Below, one piece after another: positions 20,929 to 33,600 of a DNA stretch of 64,000 nt. Position numbers and translations under genes: made by a program. The notes below the pieces were generated by a model. That model did no database searches. It worked only from the letters and a program-made list of their open reading frames with translations, and was not told the origin of the DNA. This stretch comes from a virus. The number at the start of each line of letters is the position of its first letter. Within the stretch, counting starts at the first letter, position 1. The stretch is from positions 7,446-71,445 of the IMG/VR virus record IMGVR_UViG_3300046820_002141; one strand, 5' to 3'.

Positions 20929-21432
20929 TTAAACCGCTTCGTTTCCTTTTATTTCTTCACATACGTTATCTAAAAAATTCTCCACTTCATGCTCTAAACC
21001 TTCGTATTTTTCAAATAAATTTATACCATCGGCATCCTCAAAATTACAGGTTGAGTATGTTCCATTAGGTTCACAATAAATTTCACCATAGAACTCATCA
21101 TTATTAATTTCCAAATAACCACTGTGAATCATTTCATCAGGAGTATCTTCAGTTGACTCGTATTTAAATGTCATATCAACTCCACCTATATTATCTGAAA
21201 ACCTATGTTCATAATCAAATGATTGAGACCTTGTTACAAGTTCCTCATCATCTTTATATTCTCCTGTTTCAGAATAATGTCTGAGATACGATTGTTCTTT
21301 TGGAGTTAGTCCATCAAAACCAACACGGTTTATCTTATCCAAAATTGAATCAATTTCAGACTGACCTTCTTTTATAATACGTTTAATAACGTTAATTAAT
21401 TCTGATTCTGTTAATCTTACTACTTTCTTCAT
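20929..21432 (-). CDS. hypothetical protein with N-terminal LTESEL motif
   Basis: MKKVVRLTESELINVIKRIIKE; IDSILDKI..VG...LT..E motif. Confidence 0.75.
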   Translation of the reverse strand: MKKVVRLTESELINVIKRIIKEGQSEIDSILDKINRVGFDGLTPKEQSYLRHYSETGEYKDDEELVTRSQSFDYEHRFSDNIGGVDMTFKYESTEDTPDEMIHSGYLEINNDEFYGEIYCEPNGTYSTCNFEDADGINLFEKYEGLEHEVENFLDNVCEEIKGNEAV

Positions 21433-21438
21433 AATTAA

Positions 21439-21654
21439 TTATCCGTTTAAACCAAATGGTCCCCCTAAAACTACCGAGTCAAGTAATACAACTGTTTTAC
21501 CTCCTAAGGTACTCCATACGGGATGCGGAGGAGCTATCGTAGTGACAACTTCTCCGCATAGTTCTTGACAAATTTCATTTGGTGTTCCCGCCGATAATGG
21601 TGCAAACGCTCCCGCGATGTCACCATAATAATATACCGGATTTATATCTGCCAT
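21439..21654 (-). CDS. small hypothetical (probably virion) protein
   Basis: 71-aa ORF preceded by TATTTATA. Confidence 0.65.
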   Translation of the reverse strand: MADINPVYYYGDIAGAFAPLSAGTPNEICQELCGEVVTTIAPPHPVWSTLGGKTVVLLDSVVLGGPFGLNG

Positions 21655-21692
21655 TGTTTTGTTTTTATTATATAAATATCATTTATTTTTTA

Positions 21693-24600
21693 TTATACAC
21701 CAGAGTCTCCCACAAAACTCCAAGAATAATTTGAGATTATGGAACTTCTAGCCGTTCCGCCCGCACCTGCAGATGTATATGTTAAACCATACGCTCCAAA
21801 ATACCTTCCAGTTTGTAATGTTAAATTAGCCCATCCTACCAAAGTATTATCATAATTCGCAGTTGATATTCCACAGTAGGCCATAAAGTCACTAAAACCA
21901 GATACATTAGAAATATCCCAACTACCTAAATTTTGATTAAATGAAGTTGCACTATATAACATGTTAGATACTGAAATTACATTAGAAACATCCCAAGTAC
22001 TAATATCATCATTAAAATTAATACATCCATTAAACATATTACCAAGATTAGTTACGCCAGAAACATTCCAACTTGATATATTGTTTATTGTCGTTATTGA
22101 AGTACAACCTGGGAACATATTTAGAGTATTAGTAACACCATTAAAGTCATAGGTATCCGTAACGCCTGTTAATACCAAGTTACTACATCCACTAAATGAT
22201 GCCGCTTGGCCAAATACATTTTTAACATTATTCCATTGTTTTATTTCTAATAATTTATTATTTTCAGTTGGAGCATTAGACGATGCCCATCCCGTGATAG
22301 TTCCGGTAATGGTGATAGTCCATGTACCACTACCTGAATACGTATGTGTTCTATTTGCAAAAGTATTTGCAGATACAGAACCATCACCCCAATCAATTGT
22401 TCCTGAGTAAGTACCAATTCCATTGTAAGGTAATGTAACTGATGAACCTGACCATACACTTATAAATGCCTTTTCAGGTTGAGTTGGTGTTGGAGTAATA
22501 GTTGGTGTTAAAGTGTTGGATGGTGTAGGTGTTGGAGTTCCAGGACATCTACCATCAGAACAAGGTCCATTATTGGTTTGAACTACAGATGGGTCTGTGC
22601 TAATCACTGATGTACAACAGAATCTTGTACTACTACCCGCTTGTAACTTAATGTAAATCTCATAACTTTCACAACTCATTAACGTGATTTCAACTTCAGT
22701 TGTTCCGGTATTTTCAAAACTTAAACATAAACAACTTTGAGTTGGTGTTACTGTTTTTGTAATGGTAGGACTTTGAGTTGTTGTTTCAGTAACACTTGGA
22801 GTGTAGGTTATAGTTGCTGTTATTGTTTTAGTTACTGTTGGAGTCGGAGTTGATGTTTGAGTTGGTTCTATAGTGGTAGTTATAGTTGGAGTTATAGTTT
22901 TTGTAACTGTTGCCGTTTTAGTTACAGTTGGTGTTTTAGTTACTGAAGGAGTTGGTGTTGGCGGTACTTCTGTAACGTTATCTGAACCTAACCAAAAATC
23001 AAGTATTTCATAAATTTCAGGTCCTCCTGTTGAGAATATTGGTCCATCGGTCAAAACTTTATCAATTTGACTCTCAGTCATAGTTCTGTTGATTACGTAA
23101 TCCGATTTTCCGGCCTCTCTAACCAAAAGTTTAACTTGATAAATTTCATTACATTCAGAACATGATGTGTAGTAAGTGTTACCTTCTGAATAGAAAATAT
23201 TAGTATCACCTGAGACAACAATACTACCTACATATCCACAAATCACAGTACTTTGGTTCACTCTTGCTTTAACAACATTATTTGTTGGAGCGGTTGGTAA
23301 GTAAACAAATCCTAAAGTACCGTTACATCCTGTAAATTCGTAAAGTTGATATCTACCTCCAGCGTAAATCTTAACTAATCTATCGTATGGAGTTTCAAAT
23401 TCGCCTCCGACGTATAATTCTAAAGTATTTGGTTTAATAAATGTTTTAGATATTGGTCCGTCAAATGCTGATAAATCAGGGAATGTATCGTCAATAAGTC
23501 CATTACTATTAAGTCTTGTTAAACCTGATAATCCACAAGTAGAACCATTAACATCTTCGTAACAATCAAAATAACCTCCAATAATTAGTTTTCCATCAAA
23601 TTGTTCAGATACCGATAAAACGTATCCATCAAAACCTGTCGTTGATGAGAATGTTTGGTCAACATAACCATTAGATTTCAATTTAACAATGTTTGTAGGT
23701 GTATTAACTCCTTGGAATGTTGTAAGCCAAGAATTTGAATCCGAATCTCCTCCCACGACTAATATAGTACCGTTATAGAATGCTACTACATCCGATACAT
23801 TTGGAGTGTAACTTGAAGAAACATTAAATCCTCCCTTATAATTAGTTAATAATGAACCATCACTATTTAATCTAACTAAACCTCTAGCGGTACCTCCTTG
23901 ATATTGTGTGAATTTACCTCCAACAACTATTGTTTTATCACTTAAACTCTTAACAACGTTTACAGGTCCGTTAAATCCGTTACCTACTTTGAATGTGGTA
24001 TCTAAATTTCCATTTTTGGTTAATTTAACTAAATTTGTGTATGATGAGGTCATTCCTGTAACAGTAAAATCTCCTCCCACAATGATACTTCCGTCAGTAT
24101 TAACAAATGTTGAGTTAACGATGCCACTTATAGAATTTTGTATAAATGTTGAATCAAAAGTACCGTCATTATTCAATTTAATTAAGTTGTTAACCGAAGT
24201 TTCATTGTACATTGTAAACTCACCACCAACTAAAATCTTATTATCATTTAAAACTGTTAATGACTTAACTTGTGCGGTATCTCCATCACCATTATTAGTC
24301 ACACCATTACCAATTAACAATGGAGTTTTAGTACTAAATTGTGGTAAATTTAATTGTCCTCCGTTAGAGTTAAATCTATAAGCCTTTAATGATGAACCAT
24401 CAAAAATTTGTTGATATCTATCAGAACCGTTACTAATACCACTATTTGGATTAACTAAACCTTTTGTTTTATTACTGTTTATTATAACATCAAATACTCC
24501 AGGATTATTAGAATAGAATTTATAGATAATATCAGTAAATCCAAGATTGGCTTCGTCAGCACATTGGAATGTAGCACTTACTGAACCTCCGCAAGGTATA

Positions 24601-27600
24601 CTAATTGTTACGACATTTGTACCGGGACCAAACGCATATCCCTGATAATTCCAAGTACCGGCTGCATTAAACACAGGACTATTAGAAATTCCGCTTCCCT
24701 GCAGATTATCATCTACTGAAATTGATATAGTACTTCCGGCAGATGGTGTAACTGAGAAATAGTAATCAAAGTATCCTGGACCTCCATTTAGTTGGTCACC
24801 AATGTTAATAGTAATAGTTTGACATTGTCCTGCTGGTATTGAGTAAACAATTGGCGCTGGCGGGAATGCGTATGGAGTACAATTCACGTTATAAACCTGA
24901 GTAGTACAAGGTCCGCATAAATTGTCTTTAGTTCTTGTAACAGTTGGAGTACTAGTTTTTGTAATAGTTGGGGTTATTGTTGTTGTTACTGTTGGGGTAT
25001 TAGTAACGGTACTAGTAACAGTCAATGTTGGTGTAACTGTAACCGTTTTAGTTAATGTTGGTGTTTGAGTTACTGTTTGTGTAGTTGTAACAGTTTGAGT
25101 TTGAGTTACTGTTGATGTTTTTGTGACTGTTGGAGTAACAGTTACAGTTTGAGTTTGAGTTGATGTAATTGTAGGTGTTATAGTAGACGTTGGAGTGGCG
25201 GTTAAAGTTTTAGTCACAGTTGGAGTGGCAGTAACTGTACTTGTTTGTGTTGGAGTTGGGCTAGGTGCAAAACATGAATAGTTATTATTTACAAGATAAC
25301 ATTCGTCTGAAATAGTTGCAGTTACATTTTCATTGTTAATAGTAAATGCACCATTGTAAACACAAACCGAAGCCGTATTATTAACTCCGGCAAATACCGT
25401 AACTTGGTCATCCTCGAAGAAACAGTTAATGAAAGGAATAATAACACTAGTGTTATTATTATTATTTGTAAATGTGAAGCAATAACAACCTTGAGGTGTA
25501 CGAGTACGAGTAACTGTTGATGTTTGTGTTAATGTTGCTGTTATTGTTTGTGTTAGAGTTGGTGTCTGTGTTACAGTTGGTGTTACTGTAGATGTTTTTG
25601 TTACTGTTTGTGTAACTGTAGGACTAACTGTTAATGATGATGTAATTGTTTGAGAAATAGTAACTGTTGGAGTTATAGTTGGGGTTACTGTTGGTGTTTG
25701 AGTTATAGTTTTTGTTGGTGTGGGTGATTCATTAGGGGAAATGTTACAATCATTATTTCCACAACACTGTTGACCTTGAGTAATGATTATTAAATCTTGG
25801 ATTTCGCTTAAGTTTAATAAAGGAAGAGGACTACAAATATTGACAGAACCTAAAGCAAATATAGTTTCAGTATCAACATTTAACCCTCCATCACAAAGTA
25901 CATACTCTATGGTGACAGATTGATTATCGGTTATATTAAATATATTATAACAATAACAAGGTATTTGATTACCATAACCACAATCAATTAATTTTGTTGG
26001 TGTAATAGTAGGTGTAATTGTAGTTGTTTTTGTAATAGTTGGTGTTAAAGTTTTTGTTGGTGTTGGAGTAGGGCTATTAGGGACCGGAAGGCAGGTTATC
26101 GCGAACTCCATTATCCCCCCACAAGGTCTATCAAAAGTTAAAGTCGCGATAGGGTTAGGGGTATTATTAGAAGGAATATACAGAATTGGTAAATCTCCCA
26201 TATTAGTACCTGGCGGGAATATTTCATTTACAAGAATATTACCATTATGGTCTGTTACTGTAACGGTTACATTGGACCATGGGGGACTATTAATATCCCA
26301 CATATTAAGTCGCAGGTCTCCGACAAATAAATTAGGAGAATTTAATTCAACTACAAAAGTCCTACATTCTGTACCTAATCCCGCTCCTAAAGTCACTGGA
26401 GAGGTCGGACAATCATATGAAAGATAGACAGTTTCACAAGTTCCGCATGGATTAGTTGGAGTAACCGTTGGGGTTCTAGTGATTGTTTTAGTAATTGTTG
26501 GTGTTGGTGTTGGGGACTCATTTTTTGTAGGAGTTACTGTAGATGTATTAGTAATTGTTGGTGTTATTGTAATCGTATGTGTTATTGTTGGAGTTATGGT
26601 TAAAGTTTTTGTTACGGTAGGTGTTACGGTAGGTGTTTTGGTACTGGTAGGTGTTTGAGTTTTAGTTCCGGTAACTGTAGGCGTCACAGTTGGAGTTTTG
26701 GTGTTTGTTGGTGTTGGTGTTGGACTTACAGGTTGACAAGAATCAAAATTACATAAAATTCCAGGTTGAGCGGTTACATCCCCAACAGTTGCTATAGGTT
26801 GAATACCTTGCGGTTGACCTAGTTGAACACACACATAGAATTCTGTACCTTCGGACGGCATTAATACGGTCGTTGGTTCCGCAGGATGGAATACCCCACA
26901 TGGGAAATATCTAAATCCACCAGCATTAGGTCCTATATATGTAACCACATGACATACACAAGGAGGTGGAGTTTCACAATCTAAATCAGAATTACATTGA
27001 GTATCCACACTTACTATTTCATATTTTGAACCTTGTAAAGGATATTCAGTACAAAAAGTTTGGAATGGTTGGTTATTATTTAAAGGTAATGTAATCTGAG
27101 AATTTGGTTGGTCACATGGTCTATAAGTAACAAAACCAGAAGCGTTAGGAACACCCCATAACGTAAATTGAACTGTTGTACATCTACAAACTCTTCCTGT
27201 TTGAGTAACAGTATTGGTTTGTGTTATTGTTTTGGTAATTGTTTTAGTTACAGTTGGTGTATTAGTTCTTGTAGGTGTTTTTGTTGGTGTTACTGTGCTT
27301 GTTGCTGTTGGAGTAGGTGTTATTGCCTGACAATCATTAGGAGAATATGTACAAACTTGTCCAACTTCAACGGCAATTACCGAAGAAACGAATGATATTT
27401 TAGCAACACAATCAGTTATTGTTAATACAAAATTGACATTGTCAGGACCAAAAACATAATTATTGGTACCGCCTTCACAATCTTCATAACTTAGTCTACC
27501 AAGTACTGGATTCCCGATACTATTGTAGGTTGGAATCCAAGTAAATGTTGTACATCTACAAGTAGGGTCAGATATACAACCTGCTATAGAGTTACAAGAT

Positions 27601-30600
27601 ACAGTATCATCTATCAATTGTATATTTGGGTCATATGTTGGTACATCACTTGAACATATACTAATAACCGCAAAATCATAAGTTAAAGTTACCGTGGTTT
27701 GTGATGTTGATGTACATGGTGTATATGTTATTTGACCAAAATCAAAAAATCCTTCGTCCAACATAAAAGTATAACAAAAACAATCTTGTAAAGTTGGAGT
27801 AGGTGTTGAGGTTAATGTTTGAGTTACTGTTTTTGTTGGTGTTATAGTTCTTGTTGGTGTATTAGTAATAGTTCTTGTTGGTGTTTTGGTTGGTGTTGGT
27901 GTTGGTGTTTCAGTTAATTGTACACAATTTTGTCCTTCCTCGCATAAATCACCGATTTCGACTAGTTGAGCATATGTTAATGCCGGCACTGTTCCTGATT
28001 GTACGCAAATTGTTAAAGTTGAACCATTAATTGTGTTAGGACCAATTGGTGTAACAATTGTTTGACTAATTCCGTTTGTTCCACATGGGTTGTATTTTAC
28101 GTTACCATCAATTGGAGTTCCATTAGGACTAAATGCCGGTGTCCATACGTAAGTAACACATCTACAATAAGGAGGGTTAGGGCAGTCACCTACTGGTCCA
28201 ATTGAAAACTGGTCACAAACATCGGTAATTTCCTCTAATTCAACTAAAGAAGGGTTTGAAATTGTAAAGTCATAAACGCATATATTCCAGTAAGGTCTGG
28301 CGGTACTCGCGTTTGATGAAAATAAATTTCCAAACCCTAGAGTAAAATCAGTAGTATTTGCAAATCCACATCTTCTTACTGTTATTGTACTATTAGGGTC
28401 AGTTGGACCTCCAATATATACAAATCTATGACAACGACAAATTGGGTCTTTAGTGGAAGTAACTGTTCTTGTAGGTGTTTTTGTTACAGTTGGTGTTACC
28501 GTTTTTGTGACAGTTCTTGTTGGTGTTTTTGTTGGTGTTTTTGTTAGTGTTGCGGTTACAGTAGGTGTTGGTGTTATTGATGGAGGTAATTCAACGGTAG
28601 AACATCTGAAATTAGATGACGCTCCAACTATTTGTCTAACATTACCGTAATTTTGGAATGGTTGTCCTTGTATAAATGGTGTTAATGTTCCATTAATAGT
28701 ATTAAGAACAAAAAGTCTTGTATCCGATAATGTATTGTTAGTTTGATTAAATATAAAAATATTATCACAGTTTACTATAATACCGTTAAGTCTAACTGGC
28801 TCAATTGCCGAACTAAAACTATTATAAGGAATTATTATTCCTGATTCTAAAACTCCGGTTGAAATATTCCACTGATAAATTCTGTTTTGATTAGTACCTC
28901 CATCAATCCAAACATTAGAATATCCTGCAAAAATTATTTTACTAGGATTATCGTTACTATCTCTCGTAACTATAAAATCACCACCAGCAATAGGATTAGC
29001 TGTTGAAATTGGATTTGTATTGACATTACATGGAATTATTATATTTGGTACTAATGGTGTTGGTACTGCCGTGAATGAACCACCACCAACACTGTAATCA
29101 ACTAAAGCTAGTCTTTGTCCTTGTGATGTAGTAAAATATTGAGAAATTAATAAGTATTGGCTATCATAAACTGTTAATGAGTCTCCTAAAATACTTCCAG
29201 CAAAGAAATTTATATTTCTTGCAAAATTCCATTGAAGTGTACTATTAATAGAATATTCAAGTATTCTGTTTTGTGTAATACCATTTGTCAGCCTTCTTTT
29301 TTGTAAAATCCAACCTCTACCTGTGCTAGTGATTGGGTCCCATGTGTGTGCGATATCTGTCCATCTAGCATCAGTAGTCACTTGAGATGTTAGAGATACT
29401 CCCCATACATTTGTTGTTGGGTTAAAGCTACGTACCTCCCATCCAAACGTATTATTTTGAGCAATAACCGAAGTTCTAATAAGAACAAAGTTTATTTGGG
29501 TGAAGCAACATTCCTCAATATCACAAGGTGAATCTTCTAACCCACAAAGTCCTGCAATATCAATGTCAGTATTAATCGCTTGGGCTTCTAGTTGGGCTAA
29601 TGACATATTGGAACAAAAACTTCCCGCAGTTGCCGGACTTCCTGGAGTTATTGATTGTATTGGTGCAAATGTTATAGGGTTACCATTACAATCAGTGAAT
29701 GAAATAGACCCAGGAATTGTTGTACTTCCATTAGGCCATTTGTACGTATAACATAAACACGGTAATAATTCGTGAGGATTACAAATTACATTAGAACTAG
29801 CACCCTTAAACGATGAGAAAGTTCCTGCCGAGTTAAACGGAGCAATTAAATTGTTATTAAGAGTCCAAGAATTAGGGAATTGAGCAACATTTGCGATATA
29901 TAAATCGGCTGAGGTATTATTTAAATTTTTAATAATATTAATGAAACCATTTGCATCTTGGTATAAACCTGATTCTCCATTTGTAACCAAGTCTGAAGTT
30001 GGTATATTTGGTAATTCTTCTATCGTTTCTAATGCAAATGTTGTGTAATTGTATTGGTAAAGTCTATTAACAAACGGTGAATTTACACTTCTTGTGTTGA
30101 ATATTAATTTATTAGTGGATGTTAACATAATGTCTCCTTGGACAATGACATCAGGTAACAAGTTAAACAATTGCTGACTAGTTACAACTCCTGAGTTTAA
30201 AGTCAATCTTATAACTCTATTAGGAGATACCGCAGTATTTGTTACTAATACTCTGTTAAAATCAACACCAGTCATTGCATTTCCAGGTTCCCAAGGGTCT
30301 GAAGCTGAATTCGATAAACTAAGAGTATAAACCGTTGGTTGGGTTGTGAATGTAAGAGTATAAGGTTGAGATTCCCATTCAAAAATTCTACTTTCGTAAA
30401 AACCTTGTGTAGACCTTAATTGTCTTGTTAATACCCATATTTTAGTTATACCGGTACCAACATTATATGAATGAGCAATGTCTTTCAATATGTTTGAACA
30501 ATCACCATTAAATCCTATTTGAGTTTGGCAAAAACCAAATCTTAATACAGAATTATTTGATATTGGTAATCCTATTTGAGTTTGCGTTGCGGTACCTAAT

Positions 30601-33600
30601 AATCTAACCACTTGAATTAAAACTGTACCGAATAAACCTGTTGGTCTTTCCCATAATAAAAATACATCACATTGTGGTAGTGGTGTATTTGTTGGGGTTT
30701 TAGTTAAAGTCCTAGTAACTGTAGGTGTCATTGTTTTTGTAGGGGTTGGAGTTGGCGTTTCTGGTAGTACGCAGTCTCCTTGATTGGTACAAGTACTTAT
30801 AAAATCCACAATTGTGACATTAATAGTGTTCACTACCGTAGAAACACAAAATGGACCATACGAAGTGTTATCTATGGGGAAATTTACAAGTCCAGTTAAC
30901 ACAACCGGACTACCTTGGCAATCAAGATAACTTATTGTTGTTTGGTTTGAAGGAGCTTCTGTACCAAATTTAACAAAGAAACTAACACAGGCGCATGGAG
31001 GATTGGGTGGGTCACAATCACCATCATTAGTACACGACCCAAGTTCGTTAATTATAATATTGTCAGATGTGATTGGACTTGTGTTAGAAACACAAAATGG
31101 ACCATAAGTGAAGTCGTCAATTAAGAAAAAGGTACTATCTAGTGTTACAAGTTGATTTTGGCAGTTTCTATATGTTACAAACCTTATTTCTGTTGTAAAA
31201 CCTCCGGTTGTAAATGTGTGACAACTACAATCAGGTGGTATTACAACACATATATTTTCATCACAATTGTTAGTATTTAACTTATTATCCGCCCCTGAAA
31301 TTATTACTCCCGCAGGACCATTAGTTATGAAAGTAACATTATTTGCCGGATTAGTCCATGGACCTGTAAGATTTACTCTATAAATACCATTACCAAAACC
31401 TTTTCTAACAATATAAACATTATCTTCCCATACAAAAATACCATCACTTGAGAACGGCATTTGGATTTGTACATCTTGAGTCCACACTCCATTAGCATCA
31501 CTTGACCATTGTTCAAAACGATAAACAGGAGGACCACTATTAGTATCTACTGTTGTAACGAATATAGTTGGTATATTATTACAAAAAACACCTTTGATAT
31601 CACCATCTACTAATGTTCTATCACCTAAATTGAAAAGAACGGTTGTTGTTCCTGCGTTGATTCCTGCAGTAAATATACTAACTACTGAGTGGGATGTGTT
31701 AGCAATCCACCCAATTTGAGCCGCTAATACAGATTCTGTTGTGGTAAATGGATTTCTAGAAAGACCTGGTCCTAAACTAATATTAAATGGTGGTGGTAAT
31801 AGTGGAGGTATGGTTGTTACTACAATATTTGTAATATTTTGCACACCATCTGGAAAACAAGTGGTATTACTACCAATTGTCGCTCTTCGTATAATGTTAT
31901 TTGTATTTTGTGGTAACGTGAACATTGTTGATGTACCAAATGCAACGTCTATTGCGGAATTTAACCCTGGAATACTAAATTGTGTAAATGTACCCGCATT
32001 AAAGTTGTAACTATAAAATAAACCTGGATTGGTTGCTGTTGATAATATTATATAACAACCGCTTAAACATAAATCAGGAGTTGATGTGATAGTTTGTGTG
32101 ATTGTTGGTGTTAATGTTTTTGTAACAGTTGCTGTAGGTGTTGGGGTTTCAGGTACGCAATCTCCATCATTTACACACAATGTATTAGTAATGGTAACAC
32201 TTATTAATTGGCCAGGTACATACGTACCGTCAGAGGGATAACACACGCTAGCAGTTGGGTTATCGGCGGTTACATAAATATAAGCGATTGGCAATCCTGG
32301 TGGAAAATAAATAAATGTTCCGGTTCCATTAGGAAAATCAGGGTTTGGTACGTATTGTATAAACCAACAAACTTTGTCAGCGTCTCTGGTTCTTGTAACG
32401 GTTCTTGTTACAGTTTTAGTCGGAGTAATTGTTGGAGTATTAGTGGTTGTTGGAGTTGTAGTTGGAGTTACCGGAGGTGGTGGACAAACGTAAGGTGTTG
32501 CCCCATTAGGTTGGACCTCGACTTGACATATACCATTATTCTGATTGATTACAGTCATAAAAGCCCAAGCCGAGGTCGGATTAGTAATAAATGGTCCATA
32601 GTTAAATCCTGAAGCATTTACGATTGGCTCCTCCCAAGCACAAAAAGGAGAAGATGTTTCACCTGGTAACATAGTAAATAAGGTTACCGGTGCATTTGTG
32701 AATGACGTAGTACAAGGTCTACCTATTATACTTATTGAGGTTGCGTTAGATGGTAGATTATAATTACTTGATATAGTAACCATATAACATCTACAAAAGG
32801 CGTTTAAAGAAGATTTTAAACCTCCTTGTACTCTAACAACAAATGACTCACCGTTGTCGGTAAATCCTGTAGATATTCTACTTATAAATGATGAATTATC
32901 AGAAAAAACATTATCATATGAAGATAAAAATAATCCAGATGACCCCACTTCTGATGGTATCTGTTCAGGTAAAACTAAACTACCCGCACCTGAACCCTGG
33001 TCAAATGTGATATAATTATTAGAATCTAAGTAAATAGTATCATATTCTTTACCAAATAAATCTAGTTTGTAATTGTCAGGTAAGTTTAACGTATAAAAAG
33101 AATTATCAATTTTACCGCTAAAAACATCCTTAAATGTACTAGTTGGTATTGGGGTGTAAGTAATTGGTGTTATTGCCGGTACCGATAATATAAAACTACT
33201 AGAATTATTACTTTCATCCACTAAAAATGAACTTTCAGATTTGAAATTCATTAATAGTTGAACATCATCAGAAATAATTGAATTAATATTACCGTAACTT
33301 GATTGATTTAAAGTTAAAGGTGTTCTTTTAGGTTCAAACTCCCCAGAATAAACTGAACTATTTGTGATTCGTATATTAGTAATATTAGCGTCAATATATG
33401 ATGTTTTATCCCAATTTGTGCCAATATAAAATGTGGTTCCTGTAGTTGCCTTTAAAGTATCTGTAACCGTATTACCTGAATTAACATCTAAAGCTCCGTT
33501 AATATATAAATCAATGACATCATTTTCTCTAACTAATGCAACATGATACCAATTATTAGGTGATAAAGTAGTACCAAAGTTTAATTGTGTTCCCGAATAT

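Noticed and set aside
22480-32470. Highly repetitive gttggtgtt/gttactgtt tracts resembling an array
   Set aside because: They encode Thr/Pro linkers inside the giant ORF; there is no constant repeat-spacer structure, so not CRISPR
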